Positions 13,569-26,013 of a stretch of 64,000 bases of DNA are shown piece by piece. The stretch's first letter is position 1. Each line of letters opens with the position of its first letter. This DNA comes from Dipteris shenzhenensis. Lineage: Eukaryota. The notes below the pieces were generated by a model, which was given only the letters and a program-made list of their open reading frames with translations, did not search any database and was not told the DNA's origin. The stretch lies in NCBI GenBank assembly GCA_047967505.1, contig CM106538.1. One strand, given 5' to 3'. Made by a program: the position numbers and the translations under genes.

Positions 13569-16500
13569 TCCTCCAAAATGCTGGGCGGTGCTGTCTGCAC
13601 GCTGGGGCATACACGTTCAGGATCCCAATCCTGGACTCTCCCGTCCGAACTCCCATCCAAATTGCCCGTCCTGGAATGAGCTCGCTCTGATCGTAGACCT
13701 CTGGAGCCAAAGACTGTGAGACTCAAATGCAGACCCCTTCGCTTCGTCCTACTGCGGGGGATCACTCCTCTGGACCTCTCTCTGGGAGAAGGTGATGGCG
13801 TCAACTGATGTTTGAGGCTGAAAACATGTGCTCCCGAATCAAAAGTATGTCCACCACTATCCGCCCTACCACTGCCCTCTGCAGCTTCTGTCGGAGTATC
13901 AGGTACTGCGGCTGGCTACGAACACGGTCGTGGAGCCCGTGCACGTTTCAACTCACTATGGTCTAGCTCATGAGGACGGGTGTGTCGAGAACAAGGCTCT
14001 CCTGTGAGTGGGTGCATGTTCCTGAAAGACTGCCTTGTGTGACTTTGCCGGGGGTTTGGAGGGCGAATAGTCCGTGTCTGTGCAGCGACGTACTAGGGTG
14101 GATACCGGCTCAATACCGATCTTCCATTCGCACTTCATCATGAAGGAGGCTTCCATCTCGAACAGCTCCGCACACTTCTGGAGGGGCCAGAAGTATGCCT
14201 GCTCCACCTTTGCCTCTACGCGGCAATCTGATAACTCCTACCGCCAAACCACACACCGGCTCCTTGTGCGTGAAGCTCAGCTGAAAGTTCACCTCCGTGC
14301 CATGGGCGTGCCAGTCCTTGTGGCCCCATCCACTCGTCCATCATGCGTGATATCTGATCTCCCATAATGGCATCAAACACCTCTAGGGACCACTTCTCCA
14401 ACCTTGTGGAGACAAACTGGAATCTCTAAACGGGGTGTGTTTGAGATCCCACTGCACTGATCAAACCCCCCTTCCGGGGTTGAAGGACCATGAGCGTTAC
14501 CTTCAGTCCTAGAGGATATGAGTCCAGGATCTCCAGATAGTTTCAGGGTCCTAACCTCCAGAACTCCCGGGGACACCCAGACTGGTGGAGGTTGGGAGTT
14601 GCTGAGCGGGAGGACGAGCCCCGTCCTTTAGGATCCCTCCTTGAACAGACTGACTGCTGCGATGAGGAAGCAGAACGGGGTGTCATCTTTTCCTTGCCTT
14701 TGGCAGGGGTGTTGAGGCTGAAGAACCTGCTGAGGAGGTGGAGAGGGGGGCGGCCGGGGAAGGGGGGTATGGGCGCGGGGGGTGGGTGGTGAGAGTGATC
14801 ATAGCAAGGGGGATTGGGGAGGGGGGAATTTTGGAGGGGGAGGGGGAGGTGGAAAGAAAGCGAGGGAGAAGTCTGGAGGGGGAGGGGGAGGAGGAGGAGG
14901 AGGAGGAGGAGGAGGGATAAGGACGACCGCAAGCCTCCCCTGTTGATCAGGCTCGTCGGGGCTCTGGGTTCGCTCCTCCGAAGTCACTGTCAAGCTAGCG
15001 TCCGCGGCTTCTGCCATCGCCGCATCAGGAGCTCGAGGGACTCGCTGCTGCTGCAAGGGTGAGTGTGGATGTTGAACCTCTGAAGCAGGAGGATTATCTG
15101 GATGGGCGGTGGCCGTTGCCACCGCTGGGGGAGGTGGCTCCTGCTGTTCGTCCTTGGAGGCCTCTTGATCAACCTTGTCCCTCTCTCTGCGATTGGCCCT
15201 CTGCCTGCGACGCTTGTGGGCCTGTTTGCTTGGTTTCTTTTTCTTTTTAACTTGGGTCCAGTCCCCTTCTGAGGGGGTAACCCATGGGGTCTTAGACTCC
15301 TATTGCTCCTGCCTGAGAGGGCGTTGGATTCGGGCCTGTTGACTCTGCCTTCTCTGCAGGGGTGGGGGGGGAGGCACTCGGCCATGGCCACGGGGGCAAT
15401 CTCTGGCAAGGTGACCCATCAGTTTGCAACGGAGACACTGGCCTGGTAACCCCGAAATCTCCACTCGTTGGCGAAGTGTACCCCCCTCAAGGGTCTCTAG
15501 AAGAATCGACTCTGGGCTCTCAACCACCAGTCTAATCCTGGGGACCCCGTCATTTGCTACCAATGCTGCGGACGAAATGAGCGGATACTCGAGCACTGTG
15601 CCAAATGCTCGACCAATGGATGGAAGGATGGCTCTGTACTCCTTTGGGAGCCCTGGGAAGCACGAAGCGTAACCGGGAAGCGGAGAACATGGTGTGTCGT
15701 GTCCATGTCCTCCACTGTAAAGCCATGGTACCACGGAAAAAGGTACACAAGATGCGGGCCAAGGAGGATGGGGCTTTGCTTCATTAGTGTCAAGGCTGTA
15801 TCGGGGGAGCTCAGCTGGATGAGGAAAACGCCTCTCCCATAAATGGTGACCTCTTGAATGTGGTCGCCCTCTAGTGCCAAGCTTGCCTGGGTCCACTCTC
15901 GCACCTGTCGCCTTGTGGGTGTGAGGCCCACAATTCTGCCCACAATTGCCTTGTTCTAAAGTCCCAATTGCCTTGTTCTGAAGGGAACTGCTTGCTATAC
16001 CTGCTGTTTGTTGGCTGGAGAAAGGACCTTAACGGCTGTGGGATTCGAGGGTGTTGCCATAGAGCCCCTCTGGCGAGACCAAAGGTCGCTACCAAGATCC
16101 TCTTCCTTCTGACAAACACGAATGCTCCTGTTGCTGGTGAAGAAAGGAGGGAAAGGGGGGAGGTGGGCGAGGGGAAAGGACAATGCGGGAGAGCGGAGGC
16201 AAATAGGGCGGAAGAAAGGGAGAAGCGGAGGGGGGTGGATGAAGAAGCATTGGGAGGGGGTCAGGGAGAGGGCGAAAGGGAGGTGGAGGGGGAAGGAAGC
16301 CCGAGGGGGCGGAGAGAAGGCGGGAGGGGGGTGCAAAAAGGGGGGGAGGTGGGGATGAAGGAGTGAAGGGGCGGGAGGGCAGTGAAGAGAAGGCGGGGGA
16401 GGGAAGGAGGAGGCGAGCGGGAGGTGGAGCAGAGGGCGGAAGGGGAGATGCAGGCGGAAGGGAAGGCGTCGGGAGGAGGGTGGAGAGGCAACGGGGCCGA

Positions 16501-16620
16501 GCAGTGGCCTAGGCGGAGGGGAGGCGAGGCGGAGGCAGGGGTGAGGCGACGAGGAGGCGGAGGGGAGGTAGAGTGGTGATGGCGATGGCGGATAGCAGGA
16601 GCAGCCAGGTCCGGGCGCCC
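13569..16620 (-). mobile_element. L1-clade LINE (5' UTR, ORF1, start of endonuclease), 3' part missing
   Basis: Pyrimidine-rich 5' UTR. ORF1 has a DUF4283-like GRGVFLIQL...VYLFPW segment and a CLRCKLMGHLARDC knuckle. ORF2 endonuclease reads NVHGL...ILNVYAP and then stops abruptly against gypsy sequence. Confidence 0.85.
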
Positions 16621-16699
16621 TCTGCTCTATGATCTAATAGTGTCTACTTACGAGCCCTTGCTATAGCAACGGGCTCTTGAATCCAAGCGTTAGTAGGCC

Positions 16700-19420
16700 G
16701 TTTCTACTCCTCTCTTTATAAAGCTGGCAACTGCTTAGGAATATCAACCTCCTTTCTTAGAATCTCCCGTCTCTTGGCACTAGCGATAGAATGATAGAAA
16801 TCACTAATACTTTCACAATTTAGGGAGAGGGCACTGCCCCTGCTTATGAGAAACCAAAATTTGCAAGGCTGCCTCTGTGAGACCCTCCTCTGCATAAAAG
16901 GCTTCCAGAATCTTGATATTCATAAAGCGTCCTCTCAAGTGGGGCTCAGAAACCGTCAAAACCACTGGAAAATGATTAGAGGTGGAAACAGTCGGAGTAA
17001 TGCACACCGAGCCACCTCTATGCAATGCCCAATCATCAACATAAATTCTATCAATGTGTGCATGAATAGGCATCTACATTCTCCCATTTGACCAAGTGAT
17101 TGAGAGGGAGTGTGAAAGGCATCATCAAACGGCACATCTTTGCTACTAACCGAAAAAGAGAGGCATCCTAGGATGCTCTCTCTAGAGAGTGAATCCCCTT
17201 TATTGTTGGGGGCATAAAGATTGAGAAAACTAACCTTACATTCAAGTTCCTCCCTAATGCCCAAAGCAGACAACCAAAAGGTGTGTTCAGAAAGCAGTTT
17301 ACTTGACTTTGCACAATCTTTGGCATTCAATTTGTGTCCGTGGATAAAGAGAATGTGAATAGCTCCTCGAGAGACACCCCTATGGAGCTGATTATGAATC
17401 ACCTACTTGCGGCGGTGATGATGCATACCACTTAAACCCTCTATGTTTCACTTGACAATCCTCAGTGGCAGGAGGAAGCAAGGTGGAACACCTTACCTAA
17501 CCTAGTGGCGGAAACCCTCTCCTGGGAAAGAGACCTTCTGCCATAAGTAGAAAGAGGAAGAAGTCCATTGGAGATGCCCTGTCAAAAAGAATACCAAACA
17601 AAAAGTAAAGGGCACAAACCCCTCATCACCAAAATCCTGGCTAAAAACGAGTTCCTTTGAAACAAGTCTGGCATTGTGGTGCGCAAGATAAATAATAACT
17701 TACTTCCTTCCCTCTATCAATAGCAACTTACTTCCTTTCTTCTATCAATGAATGGAGAAGTAGCCGAGGAAGGGATCTAGTCGGATGAAGGATCAGGACC
17801 AAGAGGAAGATGTTCAAGGACACCAACAGTGGCTCTATTTAGGACTGGATTGGGAGAAACATGGCCACAATCTGACAAGAAATGGGAGCATCACTAGTCA
17901 CGACAAAGACTGGAGAAGCCTCAATAGGGGCAAGGTCTGGGGCTAGAGAGGGCCCCTCTTGATCTGCAGGTGCTGGAGGAGCAGTAGCTGTAACCGGAAC
18001 CTGATGTGTGTCTCTGGGTAAGCCTACACTAGCCACTGGCTATGAAGTCACGACCAAACCTTGAATGTTTGAGGTGCCAATAGGTGCAAGATCTGGTATG
18101 TGAGAAGGCCCCTCCTAATCTGAGTGTGGCGATGGGGCCCTGACTCCAACTTGAACTCAGCAAGGGCAGCCGGTGCAGGATGGTAGAGCTGGGGTCGGAC
18201 GACAAGTCCTTTCTTGCTCTTAGGGCCAATCTCTAGCAAAATGCCTGAAGACCCTCATATCAGACACTGGTCTTGCCTACCCGCGATCCCAACTTGCTGC
18301 TGGAAAGAGAGCCATCTGAGCGCTGAGCATGATATGATCATCAGAAATGTTAAGGTCAGAGCCAATGACCCTAACTCTAGGAACCCCATCCGATCTAATC
18401 GCCTCTGTTGTTGAAGAGGGTAATCCAGGGAGTGGGGGGATCTCGGTGACCACTCCAAAAGTAGCTCCGATCATGGCAAGGAGCTGATGATACACATGGG
18501 ACATATGTGGAATTTGATGAAGAGAAATTTCGTCTACTTGTCCTCCTCTACTGGGTTGAATCCAAGAGAGGAGGGCTTGAGGAAGATCTTCGTGGAATGA
18601 AGTGCCAAAGGGCTGGCATTGAGCACATTGCTCGTAGCTCCAAGAGTGTCAAAAGCCACTTGAAAGAATCCTTGTCCCAATAATCAAATGTCCGTGAGGT
18701 GCAGGGTGATATCCTCATGTAAGGCTCCAAGCATTAAGTCCCTAGTCTGTGATCTCGAGGGGTGGGACCCATGAATGCGTGCGAAGAGTGTGGTGGAGCT
18801 CTCAAACTCCACATCCGTTTTCAACTGCAACAGCTCGTCTTTTGAAAAGATACATGTTCTCGCGGCCGGTGGAAGTGGACGAGGATTGACTAAATAGGTT
18901 GCCATTGGTCAATCAGTGGTGAGGGGCTGAGTCAAACGTTGAAAATGTGTCTGTCGTTCAGAGAAGATAGTGTGGAGAGGGTAGGGCAGGAACTGAGGGG
19001 AGGGCTGAGAGCTGAGAGGGAGGTCTGAAGGGGGAGGGCTGAGAGGGGAGGTCTGAAGGGGGAGAGGGAGAGGCTGAGAGGGTGAAGGGAAGGCAGGGGA
19101 TCTAAGGGAGTAGCAATGGAAGGAGATGCTGAGTTAGGGGCTGAGGGAGACGGACTAATAAGGGAGGGGAAGGGGCTGAGAAGAGATGGAAGGAGAGGCT
19201 GGGTAGGGTCCAAGAGGGTGAAAGAGAGGGGCAGAGAGGGGAGAGTAGACACAGAGGGGGTGAAAGGGAACTGAAGTTGCTGAAACTGCCTCGGTCAGGA
19301 GCTCTGCAAAGAATTGGAGCCTCAAAGTTGAGGCTAGAATCGAACACTGCAGGAGCCAAAAGGGAGCTGGAAATTGAAATGAAGTGTAAATTGTAGCCAG
19401 CATTTTAGGGCTTCTAGCAG
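16700..19420 (-). mobile_element. Second, more decayed L1-clade LINE (5' UTR, ORF1, endonuclease), no RT
   Basis: CT-rich 5' UTR at 18960-19270, ORF1-like TLFARIHGSHPSR...GFFQVAF, endonuclease motifs NIEGL, FLNLYAPNN, HIDRIYV and SNHFPV. Confidence 0.75.
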
Positions 19421-20078
19421 CCCATTGTATGTCCCAACACAGAAGAATGAACCTTGAGCTTCTGGCCTGGCTCAGAAGCAGTAAAATATCACAAATGACA
19501 GGAAATCAGTCGACACTGAAGACAGCAGAAGCATGGCCTGATGTACTGCTTTCTGTATGGCCAGTGTATGGATTGGACCTCAATAAATGCGCTGAAAGGG
19601 ATGTACCAACAGAGGCGAATCAATTGAGGAGGAAAGCTGAGGTGCAGCCCTGTGTACGGCCCAAGGTACAGATTTCTGTACGACCTGGTGTACAGCCAGT
19701 GTACTGATTGCTGTACGGCCAATGTATGGCCTGAGGACCTCACCAAAAGTGTGATTTCTGCCCTGAGGAACCAGCTAGGAAGAGAGAAGGTGTCATGGGA
19801 AGTAAACATGGTGTTGCGTTCACTCTTCCTTACAATCATTGTATCTTCCTTGAAGAAGCCTGTTAGTTAAAGACTGAGCTCACTTGGACTCTTGAATTGT
19901 GATGTAAAGTCTTTGTTTGCTTGTGGCTTCTTTGTCATTACTTGACAGTAGAAGTTTGTTCAAGAGTGATAACATTCAATGTTTCTTCTAATGGCTACGT
20001 AAATCTTACTGCCTTTCCATGCTTCATTTATGGAGAGTAAAAAACTTCCACGAATGTGATTGTTGCCTTGTTTTCCAG

Positions 20079-20191
20079 ATTCCCCATGTGATTTGGTACA
20101 ATTTCTGGAATGGTCTCCTATTTCTTGTCCACGGGCATTGTTAATCGGCACTTCTTCTGGAAGAGTGACTGTCTGGACACAGCCAACACAA
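20079..20191 (+). CDS. MED16: MED16/SFR6 internal coding exon
   Basis: ttttccag acceptor, gtaagc donor. Encodes (D)SPCDLVQFLEWSPISCPRALLIGTSSGRVTVWTQPTQ, a conserved MED16 block. Phase 1 in, phase 0 out. Confidence 0.95.
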
Positions 20192-20551
20192 GTAAGCTTT
20201 GTTTTTTCTGTGCTGATTGATTGTTTGTATCAAAACAGGGAAACGTTGAAGTTTTACTTATGTAAATGAAGGGATGACCTGGCTCATAAAGTTTATTTTG
20301 CCTCGGAAGTCTGTATTATGATGGTATTCTGATAGAGTCTCTCTCTTTGCTGCTATATGTGTATGCCTTTGGTTGGAGGGAGGATTTCTGAGGTTTGACA
20401 TAGGTTCTGTTCTTGCTTTGTTTAGACTGCATCTTCGGTCATTACCACTTTTCTGGATTTGTGGGAGCTTCCAAGATAACAGTAGAGGCCTTTGTAGGTT
20501 GTGATACTTGAATTATAGCATGGGTTGTGTGGAATTTTTACTGCTTTTTGG

Positions 20552-20628
20552 AAATTTTCATTGTCTGACAGCTGAGTGGTGTCAGCGAGAATTTTCATTG
20601 TCTGACAGCTGAGTGTTGTCAGCGAGAA
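20552..20628. repeat. About 37-bp tandem duplication with internal CTGACA..TGTCAG inverted repeat
   Basis: aattttcattgtctgacagctgagtg(g/t)tgtcagcgag present twice. Confidence 0.85.
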
Positions 20629-20984
20629 TAAGATAAGTACATGTAATGATGGACACCTCGTGTGGCTAAGTGGATTAGAGGTTAAGTAGATATCTCAAAT
20701 CCGGCATAAAGCTTCTTCCTGAATCTAGTGAAATGGATCTTAACTTTGGACTTTGCAAATATAAAAGGCCAAATGAGTCATGTACAGGATTTTTTTGGAA
20801 TGGATGAGTCCTATTGGTAGATCTGTTCTCTTGTTGAATTCTCTCGTAGGCCTTAGGAATGTAACATGCATCATTGAGTTTGAAAAATGCGACTCACTAT
20901 GAGGCACTTGACACTGCATTTTGTAGTAATATGGCAGTTCTTGTATTTAAGCGATTGGCTATATTTTTGTCTGATCTATTAGGA

Positions 20985-21081
20985 TGTAATTTGATGATAG
21001 GATGTTGTGTATCTATGACGTATTGGGATCCTGTTAATGTAATTTGATGATAGGATGTTGTGTATCCATGACGTATTGGGA
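20985..21081. repeat. About 53-bp tandem duplication
   Basis: tgtaatttgatgataggatgttgtgtatc(t/c)atgacgtattggga present twice. Confidence 0.85.
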
Positions 21082-21518
21082 GATTAACAGGACCTGTCTT
21101 ACTGAAGTGTTTGGGCATAGGTCACTTGTCAAAATGCCATGTTAAGGCTTAGAGAGCTTGCAATAGGTAACCGCCTTTCTAGGAAGCATTTCTTACCTGC
21201 CAAGAAATGAATGCCAAGGACTCATCCAGTATTTCGGATAAAGCCCCACGTTGCACATATGCTCTTGCTGAGACAAGGTATGGATCATTGGAGCATTAAG
21301 GGACTCTTAGACTGATTCTTGATGGTGGTGAAAAAGGGGTTAATATTTGGTGATCATGGTGGTGAGACTAGCAGACAGTGTGCCAGCAATCGAGATACTA
21401 ACTTTATGTGAAGATAACTGTATGTCGGGCGACTGATCATCATTGAGCTCATGAAACGTTGATGAATATCTCATGGATGACCAATGAGCAGAAAGGGAGA
21501 GATTTAGATACACTGCTA

Positions 21519-21957
21519 ACGTGCTACACTCTTGGAACATGGCTGAGCAGCTATGGAGCTAGAACTCCAACAATATGATTCCACTATGGATATGGTTAAC
21601 ATTGAGCGAGAGATGCAACTGAAATGAGCCATGGACTCAAGCAATGCATAGATCCTCCTTGAAGAAGGAAAGGGAAGTCCTGCAGAGGAGGATCTAGCCG
21701 AATGTGAAGACTGAGTTCTTGGAGAGTTCCCTAGTGACGTGCTACACTCTTGGAACATGGCCGAGCAGCTATGGAGCTAGAACTCCAACAATATGATTCC
21801 ACTATGGATATGGTTAACATTGAGCGAGAGATGCAACCGAAACGAGCCATGGACTCAAGCATTGCATAGATCCTCCCTGAAGAAGGAAAGGGAAGTCCTG
21901 CAGAGGAGGATCTAGCCGAATGTGAAGACTGAGTTCTTGGAGAGTTCCCTAGTGACG
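21519..21957. repeat. 218-bp direct tandem duplication
   Basis: acgtgctacactcttggaacatgg...gagagttccctagtg starts at 21519 and 21737 with a few substitutions, and ACG microhomology at the junctions. Confidence 0.92.
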
Positions 21958-23549
21958 AGTTGACTCAAAACTTGAGCTTGATGAGGATGTAGTTGCCTTG
22001 TTAAGAACGACAAGGAGAAGACTCCAAAGGAGCCTAAGGGACCGGACGAGTATAAATTTTAGGCAAGGAAGATCATGTCTTACCTTTGCCAACCCATGAG
22101 GAGGTTGATGTTGTAGGTAAAGCTCAAGAAGATTGGCTCCTCAAAGCGTACCAAGGTAGGAGGAGGCCTTGGATTAGAACCTACTCATGAAGAGGAAAGA
22201 AGCAAGGGCAGAGACCTCATACAACCTTCTAACGACAAGAAATAATGTCCATAGGGTAAGGAGAACCCAAACATGCAATTAAACTCACCCATGAGGGAGT
22301 AAAGGTGACAAGACCCCATAAAACAGCAGCTCTTAGCATATGGCTGACTATAGCGCCCAGGCAGTAAGGACGACCTCCCTCAAGAGCGAGGGCAGCTTTG
22401 CCCCTGAGTATAATCAACACCTAGGACATGCATGGCATAGAAAGAATGTTGCACTTGAGGATCAAAGTCGAATTCCAAAACTTTGTGTGTTTGGAAGATG
22501 AAGATCCTTTCAGCTACCTTCAGAGTTTTTATAGAATGTTGGAATAAATGGATGCAATATTACGGAAGAATACTTGAGCTACTTCCCATGCACACCTTTG
22601 AATAAGGTGGCATAGCAATGGTTTTATTAATATCTAGAAAGTTATTTCCGCAACTAGGATCAAATGAAGGACACTTTCGGGAGGAGATACATGAAGGATC
22701 TACATGGAACATGTTAGGGCTTGGTTGAACAACATGTTAGGGCTTGATTGAACTACATAAAGAAGAAGAAGGAGTCTGCTCAGGATTCAGTTACAAATGA
22801 GGGTACTAATTCATGATCTTAACATTAAATCTAATGACATACTATGCACACTTGGCTGCTACATGGATTAAAACTCGAACCTCTGATTAATGGAGATATT
22901 GAACCCCCACAAGGATTTACGAGGAAGTGCTATACCAGGCTATTGCACTCGAAAAAGATAGACCCCTTTTAAAGGCCAAAACAACCTCCAAGGAAATGGG
23001 AAACGACGAGGAAAGTGATGCTTATACCTCGCTATGAGCCAAGGATAGCTTGGCAGCTTAGCTACACGAGACTTGTTGAGCTCGGCATTAGAGGGATTGG
23101 TGTAGTAAATGTACCAAACTTGGACATATTGAAACAAAGTGTTGTGCTAAGTATTGCCATGCGTGTTGAGCTAGGCGACAATGGTGAGGAGTTTTGGTAC
23201 CTAAAGAAGAGGAAATTGCTACTAATGAAGTCCCTTGAGATAAGAAGGGGAGTAGTAGGGGTCCTGTATGATTGGCCAAATTAGGACCGAAACCCATAGA
23301 ACGGTATTGAGAAGGGAATGATCCTGGTAAGATGAAGGCACCAAGTAGGAGGAGACCTTGGATTCGAATCTGCCCACGAGGAGGAAAGAAGAAACAGCAA
23401 GGATCTCATGCAGTTGTCTAAGGATGAGAAATAATGATGAGAGGGTGAGAAGGTTTTTGAGCAAGCAATTAAAATTGCCCACGAGTGAGTAAATAGTGAC
23501 AAGACCCTACAAAAAAGTACCTCATAACATATGAAGAGCGCCATAGCAG

Positions 23550-23787
23550 TGTTGGAGATATAATAGCCATAGTGTGTGAGATGTGTTGTACTAGGAGATC
23601 TAGTACTAGTTCATGTGTGAGTGCCACGTGTCACTATGAGACTTATCTCATATGCACTTGGTGCTAGTGTGTGAGTGTGTGGCCTATATAAGGCTTGTAC
23701 TTCACTTCTTTCATTTAGTGATGATGTTGAATGAATGAAAGCCTTCCATGGTTTCTACATTTGTGTATCATTTCATCACTCCCTAGC

Positions 23788-23822
<35 letters not shown>

Positions 23823-26013
23823 GCACCATGTTTCTAACATGGTATCAGAGCAGGTCAGCCCTGCCCTAATCCAAATCTCCAGCCCTAACCCTAATTTGTG
23901 TATGCAGTCTCCTTCTCTCAGCCTCCTCAATCTTGCATCATTCTTCTTCCTCCTTTTAGCTGCTCCTACCCAACTAGGGTTACTGCACAGCCGCCCCCTT
24001 CTCCATAGCTTGCTGCCTCCATTGCCACCTCTTTCCTCATAGCTAGATGCCTTCATTCGAGTCCCTCTAGAGCAGTAGGCGGCCCTATTCCTTGCTGGTC
24101 GGCAGTTTCTGCAAGGTCACACCTGCACGTGTGGTTTCCAAGTCTGGCTTGGAGCTCGTCATTGCCGATTGCCTGCATAACCGCCTTCAATAGAGGCATT
24201 TTCGAGCTGCTTCGAGGCCTTCAACACATCTACATCAGCTGTCTTCTGCATCAGATACCTGCTACAGCATTCGGAGCTGTTCTAGGGAGCTGCCTCTTAC
24301 TTCAGAGACCTACTTTTGCATTTCAGAGTGCCCTGGTGAGCTGTTTTGAGGTGTTTGAACCTGCTGCAGCACTCAGTTCTACATTATTTGTTGCTCCTTG
24401 ACCACTAGGCATTTATATCTGCTCTTTTGCACACGAGGAGATTGCTATTGTGTTTTGAAGCTCGAGACCAGCCCATTCCTTTGCTGGTTCTTCATCTCAG
24501 CCTGCTGCCCACCTTCATCATGGTCGTTGCCATCATGACTTCGTTGTCTTCTAGTTCCTTGCTCGTGGAGACATTCAAGGGAGAAGGTTTTCCCACATGG
24601 CACACCAAGATGCAGCTCCTCCTTATGAGTGAAGGAGTTTGGGATGATGTTGAGGACGACAAAGTTGAGTTACTTGATCAGCAACAACACAAGCTTTGGA
24701 AGCAGCAGAATGCAAAAGCCATTGTCCTCACTGATCTTTGCTTGGCCGACTCTCTCATCCATCATGTGGACGTCAAGTCAACAACTAAGGAGATTTGGGA
24801 TCGCCTTGAGACGTTCTTCGGTAAAATCACCAACTCCAAGTCTTTTTGAAGCTCAAGTTCTATGATTCGAAAATGGAAGAGAGTGATGAGTTGAGTGATC
24901 ATCTAGCAAGGTTTCAAGCTCTTGTTCAACAACTTTCGAGTTTGAAAAGCGCGCTTGATGATGAAGATAAGATGGCTATCCTTATGAAGAGTATGCACGG
25001 GATATCCCGCTTTGAGCAAACTCTTGAAGTTCTATGCCTTGCTACGATCACGTTTGATGATATGGTGGCTCTACTCATTGAGAAGGACCGTTGTAATAAG
25101 GAAGCCACTCTTGCCTCTCCTGGTGATCAAGCATTTGCTTCTACGCAAATGGAAGACCAACAAGAATATTATTTGCAAGTTTTGCAAGAGGAAATGACAT
25201 ATTGAGGCTCATTGCTTCAAGAAGGAACATGAAAAAGAGAAGCACCATGCCAATCTTCTTGCTGAAGAAAGAACATGCTGAACCTGAAGAGCCCCCTGAC
25301 GGGATACATGCAGCCACAATTGAGGTTCACGGCCTCTCTCTTGAGGACCCCTATGATACGGATTGGGCTTTCTAGGCCCTATATACGATCTGTTTTTGTG
25401 TTGAGTCAATAAAGGTTCTCAGCCATGAGTTGTCCATCTAAAGTGAATGTATTTGGAGTCAATAAGAGGAACTTTGCCGTGGGTTGTCCCAAAAAAATGA
25501 ATGTATTGTCTTTTACTTTGGTATGATGGTATTGACCACCTAGTTCATAGTAAGGGGGGTTGACGAGTGATGATCTACCCTTGCTGACCGGTAAGCTGAC
25601 TGAGAAGTCACTATCACACGGGAGGTGTTGGATAGTTGGACTTGCTCTTTGCAAAATTGTGGTGGAGGGGGGATTGGTCTACTCCTTGTGTGTTGGGTTT
25701 CACACTCTTTACTCTGAAGGGTGTTGGATATATCATAGCCGAAGAGTGTGTCACATGTGATGTGTGATGCATTGTACTAGGAGATCTAGTACTAGTTCAT
25801 GTGTGAGTGTGCCACGTGTCATTATGGGACTTATCCCATATGCACTTGGTGCTAGTGTGTGAGTGTGTAGCTTGTAAGGCTTGTACTTCACTTGTCTCAT
25901 TTAGTGATGATGATGAATGAATGGAAGCCTTCCATGGTTTCTATATTTGTGTATCATTTCTTCACTCCCTAGCCTATCTCTCTCTCTCTCTCACTCACAC
26001 CATGTTTCTAACA
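23550..26013 (+). mobile_element. Non-autonomous gag-only LTR retrotransposon (TR-GAG-like)
   Basis: LTRs 23550-23839 and 25722-26013, TSD AGCAG, Met PBS at 23840-23851. Copia-type gag (ETFKGEGFPTWHTKMQLLL...; ICKFCKRK*HIEAHC knuckle) and no recognisable pol. Confidence 0.9.

Noticed and set aside
16652-16676. Palindrome GAGCCCTTGCTATAGCAACGGGCTC resembling a Helitron 3' hairpin
   Set aside because: No clear CTRR terminus at the expected distance and no matching 5' TC end or Rep/helicase sequence.
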